From contig DATIJV010000108.1 of NCBI GenBank assembly GCA_035478255.1, positions 1-61,194 of the forward strand: DNA of 61,194 nt, in the 5' to 3' direction. This document shows, piece by piece, positions 16,530 through 25,389 of the stretch. Both the position numbers and the translations under genes were made by a program. How positions within the stretch are numbered: the stretch's first letter is position 1; each line of letters starts with the position of its first letter. The notes beneath the pieces were generated by a model. That model saw nothing but the letters and a program-made list of their open reading frames with translations, did not search any database and was not told the DNA's origin. This DNA is from Gammaproteobacteria bacterium (GTDB lineage Bacteria > Pseudomonadota > Gammaproteobacteria > DSM-16500).

Positions 16530-16610
16530 TTATAAAATACCCGCCACAGCGCAGCTGGTTAATAAAATAGTGAGTGTGAGTAAAACAGAAATTCGAAAAA
16601 CAGTTTTCAT
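16530..16610 (-). CDS. Possible 26-aa hydrophobic micro-ORF (lipobox-like LLTSC) upstream of the OMP gene
   Basis: Hand translation: MKTVFRISVLLTLTILLTSCAVAGIL. agaggga RBS about 6 nt upstream. Not in the ORF track. Could be chance in AT-rich DNA. Confidence 0.25.
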   Translation of the reverse strand: MKTVFRISVLLTLTILLTSCAVAGIL

Positions 16611-16695
16611 AAAAATCCCTCTTAAGATAAATAAACGCTGACATGATACCAGACTATGTCAAATAGCGATAAAATTATTTCTAGTACAGCATCCG

Positions 16696-18147
16696 CTATG
16701 AATCCTTGCGTTTGCTGGGCTGGGGCGTCACGGACGGGCTTGATGTTGATTGACTCGAAGGGCTCGGAGAAAAAAAAGACATTGTTTTCCCTATCAAGCT
16801 TGTGTTCTTTTGTGCAACTTCACGTTTTTTAGCTTCAAGATTGTTTTCTAATTGTTGAATAAATTGCACCATATTACCGGCATTGGTAATTCCTGCTAAG
16901 CTTGCTAGATAAGTTTCACGAGTAGAGTCTCGTTTTTTTTGCGGCTCAAGACCAGCCAGTTGATCAATCAGGTTCTCTGCCCTTTGAAAATCCTCGTGCT
17001 CTGGGGGCTGGAGTTGTGGAACCAATTCTGTTAGTGTCTGAACATATTGACGGAGGTCACCTACATCGGTAAATGCTGCCAATGTGACGCGGCAACTTTC
17101 TTTATCAGCTTCTTCCTGCAATTGATTAATCAGCGCATTTGCCGCTTCTAAAAGTGGAGTCCCTTCTGTTTTGAAGGGTTCTTCTGCTCTTTTTTGAAGA
17201 ATATCTTTTTGTTCTTGATCTTTGGTATTTTTTTGTTCTTGCTGTTCCTTGATTTTCATGTCGTACACAGAGTGTATCGCATTCATGCAACCTTTTAATT
17301 GCTCAAAAGATTCAGCGGCGTCTATTTGTTGCTTCCAGTCTCTGCGGACGAGTGCTTGATTAAACGGTATTGTTTCAAGCTTAGCCAATACTTCTGCCGA
17401 TTGGTAAGCTTGTTGTTTGAGGACGTCAAATTCTATTGCGGGATGATCACTTTTAAATTTTTCAAGTTCAGGAAGAAGAGTATAATAAGTGTATTCTGAT
17501 AAACTCATTAGGTTATTGGCGCGCTTTGTGATTTCCCTAAGGCGCGCTTCATGATTCTTTGGATCAAATGATTCAAGTTCGTTAATTGCCTCGTTTGCCC
17601 GGTTTAGAACCTGTTGATATACCGGTACCGATAGCGGAGATTTGGTTTCTTCTTTTACATCGAGAAGCTGTGCTGGCGGATGGATTGTGACAGGAGCATT
17701 GTCTTGTTGATGTGGTGCAGTTAAAGTAGCTGCTGGCTGATCACTAAACTCTTTTGGCCCTTTTTTTGTATCATCAGGTGATATGCTTTCGGATATATAG
17801 CCCGTCAGCCATGTTACATGGATGTCTCGTTTTTTGTTTCTTTTTTTGACGCCTATTAGTCTTTTTAGATCCTTGGGCGGCGGCTCTAGGATTGTTATAA
17901 TGGCTTTTTGTTCCAATGATTCCATTTTTTTGAGAAGTGCCTGATAGGCAGCTGTCTGATCAATCTGAGATTCGGGGTCCTGTTCTAACATCCTAGTAAA
18001 ACTAGCATCCAATTGTGTGAGTGACTCCATAGTTTGCTTGGCGAGTATTGATTCGGCTTTACCTTTTTTGCATTTTAAAAACGCAGAACAAAAACCTTGT
18101 TTGTCTTTATCGTTAATAGCAGCATACTGATTATCTAAAATACCCAT
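16696..18147 (-). CDS. Hypothetical coiled-coil protein with Ser/Pro-rich C-terminus (no recognisable domain)
   Basis: 483-aa ORF with no signal peptide. Glu/Lys/Gln-rich helical repeats. C-terminus 'FFSPSPSSQSTSSPSVTPQPSKRKDS'. Confidence 0.6.
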   Translation of the reverse strand: MGILDNQYAAINDKDKQGFCSAFLKCKKGKAESILAKQTMESLTQLDASFTRMLEQDPESQIDQTAAYQALLKKMESLEQKAIITILEPPPKDLKRLIGVKKRNKKRDIHVTWLTGYISESISPDDTKKGPKEFSDQPAATLTAPHQQDNAPVTIHPPAQLLDVKEETKSPLSVPVYQQVLNRANEAINELESFDPKNHEARLREITKRANNLMSLSEYTYYTLLPELEKFKSDHPAIEFDVLKQQAYQSAEVLAKLETIPFNQALVRRDWKQQIDAAESFEQLKGCMNAIHSVYDMKIKEQQEQKNTKDQEQKDILQKRAEEPFKTEGTPLLEAANALINQLQEEADKESCRVTLAAFTDVGDLRQYVQTLTELVPQLQPPEHEDFQRAENLIDQLAGLEPQKKRDSTRETYLASLAGITNAGNMVQFIQQLENNLEAKKREVAQKNTSLIGKTMSFFSPSPSSQSTSSPSVTPQPSKRKDS

Positions 18148-18259
18148 ATCTCACTCTCATTCTTGATATGTTTATAGTATCAGTATATTATAATTTTATG
18201 TAAATTTATTGATCATTTCTGCCAAAAAGAGATTAATTTGAAACTATTAGAAAAATACT

Positions 18260-19576
18260 TTAACCTACTATTTTTACGGGAAAAACACGATATTTTGTTG
18301 ATGATTGAGGCAGGGGATCGTTTTTTCGTTCATAGCAATAGGGATCTGTCGCATTGATGTTTCCATAGGCTGAAAAAGAGCGCAAATAACATCCTCCTCT
18401 ACATCCTTGATAAGATGGACAGCTTTGGCAGGCACTACTGCCTTCTAGTCCTCTAAATAATTTCATTGCAGGCCCTGAAATCCATGCATCCAACAAACTG
18501 CGGTCACGCAAATTTCCATCCACATAATGAAGAGGGCCAAAGCTGGTACAAGGTTGAATCTGTCCTTCTGCTGTAATACAAAAACTTTCTTTTCCTGCAT
18601 AACAACCAAAACCTAAATCATCAATGACAGAAGCGCTATCGTCGCCAAACTTTTGATAAGGATTAACAGGTAAAACCAGTTTGATTTTGCTTTTTTTATT
18701 ATTATAAAAATCTGCTAATATTTTCATAGACTCAATATATTCATCTTGTGTTGGAATGAGAGAAGTATGTTCTCCAGCACGACCTGCCTCGCGGACACAA
18801 TTAAATTTCACCACATCAAATTTTAAATCTTCTGCCAGCTTAATGATTTGATCTAAATGTTTGATATTTGATGTCATTAAAGTGCATTTTGCAGCAATTT
18901 TTCCAGAATAATGTTTTCGTAAATTCTGAACACCTCGAAGCATATACTGATATCTGCCGCTCCCGCGTACTTGCTCGTACGAGGTTTGGTCATATCCGTC
19001 CAAACTGATGTTGATGGTGCGAATATCCAGTCCAGCTAATTTTTTAGCGGCTTTTTCAGTGATAGGTGTGCCGCTTGTAGAAAATGACACATCAATATGA
19101 TTTGCTATGGCTCGTTCTACAACGGGGAAAAAATCACGATCCACTAAGGGTTCTCCTCCAGCGATCGATAAACGAAAACAACCCATCGCAGCCATTTGGT
19201 CTATTATAGAAAATTTCTCGACTAACGACATTTCATTCGCTCTTCTTTTACCTGATTCTGTATAACAATGAGCACATTTTTCTGGGCATTCGTAAGTAAT
19301 TTCTAAAAAAATTCGAGTCGGCGCGGACAACATGCCTTCACGTGATTGATTTCCTAAAAAATGAGAATTATCGATTAAACCCATATGATTTAATTGGTTG
19401 GTTATATCAGAAATTTCTTTATCATCTGTTTCAAAAGAAATTTTCTCAGAAGCGGTAATATCTTTTTTCGGTTCGGTTAAAATTCGCATAGCAAGATGGT
19501 CTAAATGAAAATAATCTCTTTCGATACGATCATAGGCCAAACCGCCAAAGAATTCATTCCTGATTATAAATCGCAT
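18260..19576 (-). CDS. Radical SAM/SPASM-domain peptide-modifying maturase (N-terminal RRE-like extension)
   Basis: 'YECPEKCAHCY' (CX3CX2C). 'SIAGGEPL' SAM-binding motif. C-terminal auxiliary-cluster cysteines 'GCYAGKESFCITAEGQIQPC...CQSCPSYQGCRGGCYLRS...DPYCY'. ~90-aa N-terminal extension 'FFGGLAYDRIERDYFHLD'. Confidence 0.88.
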   Translation of the reverse strand: MRFIIRNEFFGGLAYDRIERDYFHLDHLAMRILTEPKKDITASEKISFETDDKEISDITNQLNHMGLIDNSHFLGNQSREGMLSAPTRIFLEITYECPEKCAHCYTESGKRRANEMSLVEKFSIIDQMAAMGCFRLSIAGGEPLVDRDFFPVVERAIANHIDVSFSTSGTPITEKAAKKLAGLDIRTINISLDGYDQTSYEQVRGSGRYQYMLRGVQNLRKHYSGKIAAKCTLMTSNIKHLDQIIKLAEDLKFDVVKFNCVREAGRAGEHTSLIPTQDEYIESMKILADFYNNKKSKIKLVLPVNPYQKFGDDSASVIDDLGFGCYAGKESFCITAEGQIQPCTSFGPLHYVDGNLRDRSLLDAWISGPAMKLFRGLEGSSACQSCPSYQGCRGGCYLRSFSAYGNINATDPYCYERKNDPLPQSSTKYRVFPVKIVG

Positions 19577-19632
19577 TCTATTGTCCTTATTGAAAATAGT
19601 GCGCGGCCATAATTTGAGAGAATGGGGATGAG

Positions 19633-19764
19633 TTAATGATGAAAAGTTGACACTTTAAAAATTCGGAATTTTTTGGGTTTTTTGACATCTATGGTATTTT
19701 TTTTTCTATCTGTTTTTGATTTGTTTTTCATTGAGATTTTCTGAGATTTTTTGATGTTCTGCAT
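19633..19764 (-). CDS. Candidate 43-aa Lys-rich precursor-like peptide between the kinase and rSAM genes (not in the ORF track)
   Basis: Hand translation, checked codon by codon: MQNIKKSQKISMKNKSKTDRKKNTIDVKKPKKFRIFKVSTFHH. aagga RBS about 9 nt upstream. It is the only sizeable same-strand ORF I found in the 263-bp gap. AAA-rich, so it could be compositional noise. Confidence 0.4.
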   Translation of the reverse strand: MQNIKKSQKISMKNKSKTDRKKNTIDVKKPKKFRIFKVSTFHH

Positions 19765-19839
19765 TGTGTGTTATCCTTTTAAAATTTGTTTAATACAAAC
19801 TAATTGATGACACGCTCTAATATTACAAAGCGAAACATT

Positions 19840-21279
19840 TTAAAATGCAAGCTTTTTCATTTTTTTTGAGCTCACAGTTTGTTGGTTTTTTTTATTATTT
19901 TCGTAATTTGTCTCTTTAAAAAACAAAAATCGCTTATTTATTTTAAGATTAAAACAATCTTTACCGATTTTAATATCCATTTTGACATTACATTCGTTTT
20001 TTAATAGGGTTTGAACCAGACGGCACAGAATTAAGAACGAGGATATGTTTTTTTGATAGTTATTAACAAATAAATGCATTAAGACATAGAAAGATAATGC
20101 TCTTATATCTTCATTCGTTTTAATCTGTCTGATATTTTTTTGAAGTTTATATAAAATTTCACGTTCTTGAAAAGGTAATAATGCAACTTGATAAATCTGA
20201 TTATATCGAGGATAGCGATTTAAGTTTTTGCTGATGACATCACGTACTGCATTTTCATATTCTGGAGAGTTTAGCAACATAAAAGCAGATTTTATCATTC
20301 TATAACTCATCTGATAATTTTCAACAGGTGTTAAATCCAGCAAAAACAAATTTGAAATAGGTTTTTCAAAATATTGGAATGGAACCAAATGATTTTCATC
20401 AGAAAAATTTATGTAAGGCCCATGTTTTGTATTAACGAAAATAAATCCCAAGGAATAAAACAAAGTTGCCTGAATTTTATTTAATAAAAATCGCCATTCT
20501 ATTTGTTTAGATAAATTGTCGCCGTAATATTGTTGCAATAGCATATTTTCTTGTTGATGATTGAATCGCAAATAAGCTGAAATGGTTGCAATATCATATA
20601 ATCCATCTCCAATACCGACACTTTCCCAATCGATAAAAAATACTTTTTCATTTTTTTTACAAAATAGTAAATTCCATGGATGCAAATCATAATGGCACAA
20701 ATCTGATTTATAGGGCGTGAGTATTTCTTCTATGAAATTGATTATATGAATTATTTTTCGATAAAAATGTAAATGCGGATAGTCGAGTGTTAATGTTTGT
20801 ATTTCATTTAATAAAAAAGGTAGAAATTTATTTTTATGAGGAAATAATGCCTGATATTTTGTTATGTCTAATCTATGAATGGATTTTAATATATCCGCTA
20901 TTGAAATAATTGTGGCAGGTTTAATATTTTCCAGGCCAGAAAAATCATGTTGTATATATTGAAGTAAAACAATACTGTTTTTAAAATCGGCTGCTTTTAA
21001 AAATGGCGAAGCATTAATATCCGAAGCCAATTTCATGGCTAATATTTCGCATGCTTTTTCTCTTAAATTAAATTTTTCAGTTTCCTTTAAAATGTATTTT
21101 TTATTGCGATGCTCTATTAAAATAATAGTTTTTTCAAAAACACCTCTTTTCTTAAATGGAATTATTTTAAGATCATTTATTGATTTTGGATTGAAGGCAG
21201 TCAACAACATGTCGGCTATTGGATGCTTAAGCTCGCCAATCACGCAATCTTCTATTTTTTTAACCAGCTGACGTTTCAT
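19840..21279 (-). CDS. APH/choline-kinase-fold phosphotransferase with a ~150-aa C-terminal extension
   Basis: 'KKYILKE' (catalytic Lys context), 'CHYDLHPWNLLF' (HxDxxxxN), 'FIDWESVGIGDGLYDIA' (DWE/D motif). The residues after about 330 have no recognisable domain. Confidence 0.75.
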   Translation of the reverse strand: MKRQLVKKIEDCVIGELKHPIADMLLTAFNPKSINDLKIIPFKKRGVFEKTIILIEHRNKKYILKETEKFNLREKACEILAMKLASDINASPFLKAADFKNSIVLLQYIQHDFSGLENIKPATIISIADILKSIHRLDITKYQALFPHKNKFLPFLLNEIQTLTLDYPHLHFYRKIIHIINFIEEILTPYKSDLCHYDLHPWNLLFCKKNEKVFFIDWESVGIGDGLYDIATISAYLRFNHQQENMLLQQYYGDNLSKQIEWRFLLNKIQATLFYSLGFIFVNTKHGPYINFSDENHLVPFQYFEKPISNLFLLDLTPVENYQMSYRMIKSAFMLLNSPEYENAVRDVISKNLNRYPRYNQIYQVALLPFQEREILYKLQKNIRQIKTNEDIRALSFYVLMHLFVNNYQKNISSFLILCRLVQTLLKNECNVKMDIKIGKDCFNLKINKRFLFFKETNYENNKKNQQTVSSKKMKKLAF

Positions 21280-21377
21280 GCTTTTTCTGCCGTTTGAGGT
21301 ACGATGGGTATATTATAATTACAGCTTTTTCTGTTATCATATATAATTATTTTGCAGGTTCGATACAAGGAAGATAA

Positions 21378-22064
21378 ATGAAAACACCCAGTTTAAAGAT
21401 GGAACCTAAAGAGCGCCTTCTCAGTGAAGTTTTAAAAGACCGGCGTGCCACGCCAAGTTTCGATGGTTCGCCTATTCCAGATGATATTCTATCAACCATT
21501 ATTCAAGCAGGAATCGAATCACCCAGCGGATATAATCTTCAACCCTGGCGATTCATTGTAGTTCGCAGTGCGGAACAGAAGCAACGTTTGCGTGAAGCTT
21601 CCATGGGTCAGCCTAAAGTAGAAGAGGCGGGTGCGGTTATTGTTTGTTGTGGTGATTTGAATGCGCCGAAAAACAATAATTTGGATGATGTGCTTGCAGA
21701 ATCTGAAAAACATGGTTTCACTGAAGACCAGAATCAAAAGGTAAAAGAAATAATAAACAAAACTTTTAACGCCCCGGCAGGCAATGCAATGGGAATCACC
21801 CCTGATTATGCAGTATGGGTCAACCGTCATGTCATGATTGCTTTTACGACTATGATGTGGACGGCAGAAACTTTAGGGTTTGACACAGCACCGATGGAGG
21901 GTTTTTTTGAAGACAAAGTAAAATCAGTGCTTGGTATTCCTGATCATGTGCGTGTGGTCGCGTTACTGGCTATTGGAAAGCAAAAAGGAAAGGACAAGCT
22001 CTATGCAGGTCGCCGTAAACTAAAAAAACTCTGTTTTATGGAAAAGTGGGGGGAAGATATTTAG
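21378..22064 (+). CDS. Nitroreductase-family (FMN) oxidoreductase
   Basis: 'RRATPSFDGSPIPDD...IESPSGYNLQPWRFIVV' is a typical nitroreductase N-terminal motif. 228 aa. Confidence 0.85.
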   Translation: MKTPSLKMEPKERLLSEVLKDRRATPSFDGSPIPDDILSTIIQAGIESPSGYNLQPWRFIVVRSAEQKQRLREASMGQPKVEEAGAVIVCCGDLNAPKNNNLDDVLAESEKHGFTEDQNQKVKEIINKTFNAPAGNAMGITPDYAVWVNRHVMIAFTTMMWTAETLGFDTAPMEGFFEDKVKSVLGIPDHVRVVALLAIGKQKGKDKLYAGRRKLKKLCFMEKWGEDI

Positions 22065-22072
22065 GAGGATTT

Positions 22073-22180
22073 ATGCGAACATTGATCATTACAATTTTCA
22101 TCAGTTTATTTGCTTTAAATTTAGCATTTGCAGATTCACCTCCTGGCTTATCAAAGAAAAGTATACCTCCTCATTATTAA
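22073..22180 (+). CDS. Possible 35-aa secreted micro-protein with a strong Shine-Dalgarno
   Basis: aggagg lies 4 nt upstream of the ATG. Hand translation: MRTLIITIFISLFALNLAFADSPPGLSKKSIPPHY (signal peptide plus a 15-aa Pro-rich tail). Not in the ORF track. Confidence 0.4.
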   Translation: MRTLIITIFISLFALNLAFADSPPGLSKKSIPPHY

Positions 22181-22186
22181 TAAATG

Positions 22187-23095
22187 TTAATTTTCCGGAA
22201 AAATATTTATCTTTTTTTGATTTCGCAAGATATTTTTTACATAACTAGCTATTTCTTTAAATAAAGAATGTTTGGCTGTAGTGTCACGCCAGGTCAAACA
22301 AATAGAACGAGTGGGCTTAGGTGCGCTAAATGGTATATAAGAAATATTTTTATTATTATCACAAGCCAATTGTGGCATGAGCGTCATTCCAATACCAGCA
22401 GCGACCATATGTCTTAATGTTTCTATGCTCGTCGCGCGAAAATGCTGTGTTTCTGTTGCCTTCATTTTTTGACAAAGTAACAAAGCTTGTTCTCGCATAC
22501 AATGACCTTCTTCGAGTAACATCAGTTCTTTATTATCAAGATTACTTTGCTTAATTATTTTGAGACGAGAGAATGCGTGATTTCTGGGAGTTGCCAATAA
22601 AAACTCTTCTTCGAATAATGGGACGGTTTTAAAGCTATTTTCAAATAAAGGAAGAGCCAAAAAAGCAGCATCTAGTTTTCCTTTTTTAAGCTTCTCAATC
22701 AAATTCTGCGTTTGTTCTTCAATCAAATATAAAGACAAATCAGGATATTTTTTTGCTAATGATGGAATAATCAGGGGTAAGAAATAGGGCGCTAATGTTG
22801 GGAAAATACCAATTTTTAAAGCACTGCCATAAGGTTTTTTTGCCAATTTTGCGAAATCATATATTTCTTCCACCTGATTGAGTATATGGCGCGCACGTTC
22901 GGCAATATTAATTCCTTCATCGGTAAACAATAAAGTCTTATTCGTACGCTCTAATAATTTAATTCCAAGCACCTTTTCCAATTTTTGGATTTGCATGCTC
23001 AATGCGGGCTGGCTCACAAAACAAGCTTCTGCTGCTTTCCCAAAATGCTGATTTTCGATTAAAGACACCAGATAGGTTAAATCACGAATATTCAT
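22187..23095 (-). CDS. oxyR: LysR-family redox regulator OxyR
   Basis: HTH 'FGKAAEACFVSQPALSMQIQKLE'. 'EEGHCMREQALLLC' reproduces the OxyR redox Cys pair with 9-residue spacing. Start set at 'MNIRDL' (23095), not the track's 23242. Confidence 0.85.
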   Translation of the reverse strand: MNIRDLTYLVSLIENQHFGKAAEACFVSQPALSMQIQKLEKVLGIKLLERTNKTLLFTDEGINIAERARHILNQVEEIYDFAKLAKKPYGSALKIGIFPTLAPYFLPLIIPSLAKKYPDLSLYLIEEQTQNLIEKLKKGKLDAAFLALPLFENSFKTVPLFEEEFLLATPRNHAFSRLKIIKQSNLDNKELMLLEEGHCMREQALLLCQKMKATETQHFRATSIETLRHMVAAGIGMTLMPQLACDNNKNISYIPFSAPKPTRSICLTWRDTTAKHSLFKEIASYVKNILRNQKKINIFPEN

Positions 23096-23265
23096 AACCA
23101 AGAACCATAATAATAAATGCTTATCGTTATTATAATAACAATATATTGTTATTATCAAATTAATTCGTCTATTTTTAATTCTTCTGGTATCAAAAAAGAA
23201 AACGGCAGAAAACGCACATGGGTCCACAGTTATAAACATCAATAATGTAATTGAGAGAAAAAATC

Positions 23266-24435
23266 ATGAGCATCTCCAGAACATACTACAATACGATTGT
23301 CATTGGCGCAGGTCCATCGGGATTAGCCGCAAGCTTTTGTTTAAAACAAAAAAGCATCGATTATACTGTGCTAGAGGGATCTGATCGTGTCGCTAATTCA
23401 TGGCATTTTGTTTGGCCAAATTTTCAGTTTGCACAAACTGTGGGTGAGATCGCTATGCCTGGTCTTAATCTAAGTGAATTCAATTCTGCTCATCATCTTA
23501 AACGGGATGAAATCATTACAGTTTTCGAACGTTATCAAAAACAGCATGATCTTAATATTAAATTCAACATAAAAGTGACTTCTATTCAAAAAGATCAACG
23601 TGAGATTTATCACGTCAACACATCACATGGTGAGTACACAACAAAAAATGTGATCCTGAGTATCGGAGCGCGTCAACAGCCAAAATTTCCTACATTTCTT
23701 GATGGCATTCAAATTAATACTCGGAAAAGTAAAATTATGCATAGCGCATGGTATCAGGGTGCTTATTGTTTTCCATTTAGTTCAAAAATATTGGTTGTAG
23801 GGAGCGGTCTTTCTGCTTTGGGCATTACAAAAGATTTAGCGAGTCAGTCAGATTTTAAGCATGATGTTTCTATTGCGTGTCGATATTGTGATGCACAAAT
23901 TAAAAAAAACAATCAGCATTTGCTCGATGTATCCACCACACTTGATGATCTTGCAAAAATGGGAATAAAGAATTGGGGCGAGTTACGTGATATCAATGTA
24001 GAAAAAAATGATTTAGTTTTTAGTGATAATCAAATAGTGAATTTATTTTGTTTTTATAAAATCATTTTTGCAACAGGTTATAATACATCATATGAGTTAT
24101 TGAATCAGTTGTTACAAGGTAACATACCTAAACAACAAAATGGTATTACGACAGAATCGGGATTGTATATGGTAGGCATTCCATCTGCCGAAGAAAAAAC
24201 AGTGACTATTACCAAAGGCGGGAAAGAAGCGGAAAATATAGTTACACATATTTATCAACGTTTGCAAATTACTTCATTCATGTTATCACACCAATTATCA
24301 AGTCCAACCAGCAAGACTTGTTTTGGTATGCGAAAAAAATCCTTATACGGGCACAATACACTGTTTGTGCCTGCTAGTAAAAAACAAAAAAAGACTAAAA
24401 CTGAGCAAAGCAATGTGTTGAAACTTACGCGTTAA
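23266..24435 (+). CDS. FAD/NAD(P)-binding oxidoreductase (flavin monooxygenase/CzcO-like), divergent from oxyR
   Basis: Two dinucleotide-binding motifs, 'VIGAGPSGLAAS' and 'VVGSGLSALG'. The likely start is the ATG at 23266 rather than the TTG at 23251. Confidence 0.75.
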   Translation: MSISRTYYNTIVIGAGPSGLAASFCLKQKSIDYTVLEGSDRVANSWHFVWPNFQFAQTVGEIAMPGLNLSEFNSAHHLKRDEIITVFERYQKQHDLNIKFNIKVTSIQKDQREIYHVNTSHGEYTTKNVILSIGARQQPKFPTFLDGIQINTRKSKIMHSAWYQGAYCFPFSSKILVVGSGLSALGITKDLASQSDFKHDVSIACRYCDAQIKKNNQHLLDVSTTLDDLAKMGIKNWGELRDINVEKNDLVFSDNQIVNLFCFYKIIFATGYNTSYELLNQLLQGNIPKQQNGITTESGLYMVGIPSAEEKTVTITKGGKEAENIVTHIYQRLQITSFMLSHQLSSPTSKTCFGMRKKSLYGHNTLFVPASKKQKKTKTEQSNVLKLTR

Positions 24436-24585
24436 TAGCAATATGATATTGTAGGAGTCAAACATTTTCTGAGCGAACATTGTAGAAAACTAATAACAAC
24501 ATTAGTTTCAATATTAAAGGTGGTGGAACTGAAACATTGCCATTAGGCCGATGATACTTGACACCACCTCGAAATTTTTTATCTT

Positions 24586-25173
24586 CTACGCTTGAGGCGG
24601 CACCGTTATAAACTGCGCATCAAAACTGGAATACATAATCATTAAAGTAGTATTGTTTTGAACGGAAGTACTAAAGGTCACCATATATTTCCCCGGTTGA
24701 ACATTATGCCAGTCCAATGAAGCCGTACCCGACTTTTCTGCCACAGTACCCGCATCAACTTGTATGACATCGCTAATATTCGAACACTGTTCTATGGGAA
24801 ATCCTTTATCGACTTCTTTTGCCGTGCAAATGGAACGGGTCACTGTGTAGATTTGATTCATTGATGTGTTGTTCATCAAATAATAGGAATGTTCTCCTGT
24901 TGCATTCACAAGTGTCGGATCATCTTTCGAAACTGCAATACTTTCGACTCTATCCCAGGTCTCAAGAAACTGATCATACTTTGACATGTTTGCTTTGTTC
25001 ATGACGTTAAAAAAAACACTATTGCCGGGTTGAGTTTCTTTATCTGTCAACTTGATATTGGGTAAATACCATTCCTTATGGGAAATTAAATTTCCACTGT
25101 TCATTCCGTTTGCAAAAATACTTGAAGTTGTGAAAGAGGCTAAAACTAGGATCAATAAAGATTTTACTTTCAT
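24586..25173 (-). CDS. Secreted hypothetical protein
   Basis: Signal peptide 'MKVKSLLILVLASFTTSSIFA'. No recognisable domain. Confidence 0.6.
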   Translation of the reverse strand: MKVKSLLILVLASFTTSSIFANGMNSGNLISHKEWYLPNIKLTDKETQPGNSVFFNVMNKANMSKYDQFLETWDRVESIAVSKDDPTLVNATGEHSYYLMNNTSMNQIYTVTRSICTAKEVDKGFPIEQCSNISDVIQVDAGTVAEKSGTASLDWHNVQPGKYMVTFSTSVQNNTTLMIMYSSFDAQFITVPPQA

Positions 25174-25389
25174 AGTTACGTTTCCTTAATATAAATAACA
25201 TTCCAAAATATGTCCGCTGAAGCATCGCATGACAGGAATCGCATCCGCAACATTTTTTATATTTTTTTTCTACGCAAATGCATGTTGCTCCCCATTCGTA
25301 TCCTGATTATGCACAATAGCACTTTATTGATGAAAAGGAATGCTTACCGTCTCACACGTTTAGAATTTAGAGTTAGTTAATAATTAAAA

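Noticed and set aside
22187-23242. The long form (351 aa) of the LysR/OxyR ORF.
   Set aside because: The first 49 residues are hydrophobic or odd (MMFITVDPCAFSAVFFF...) and precede the conserved 'MNIRDL...HTH' N-terminus typical of LysR proteins. The shorter start at 23095 was adopted.
24500-24585. A hairpin ggtggtg...caccacc followed by ttttttat between convergent genes, considered as a bidirectional terminator.
   Set aside because: The stem is only 7 bp with a ~40-nt loop, too weak to call from sequence alone.
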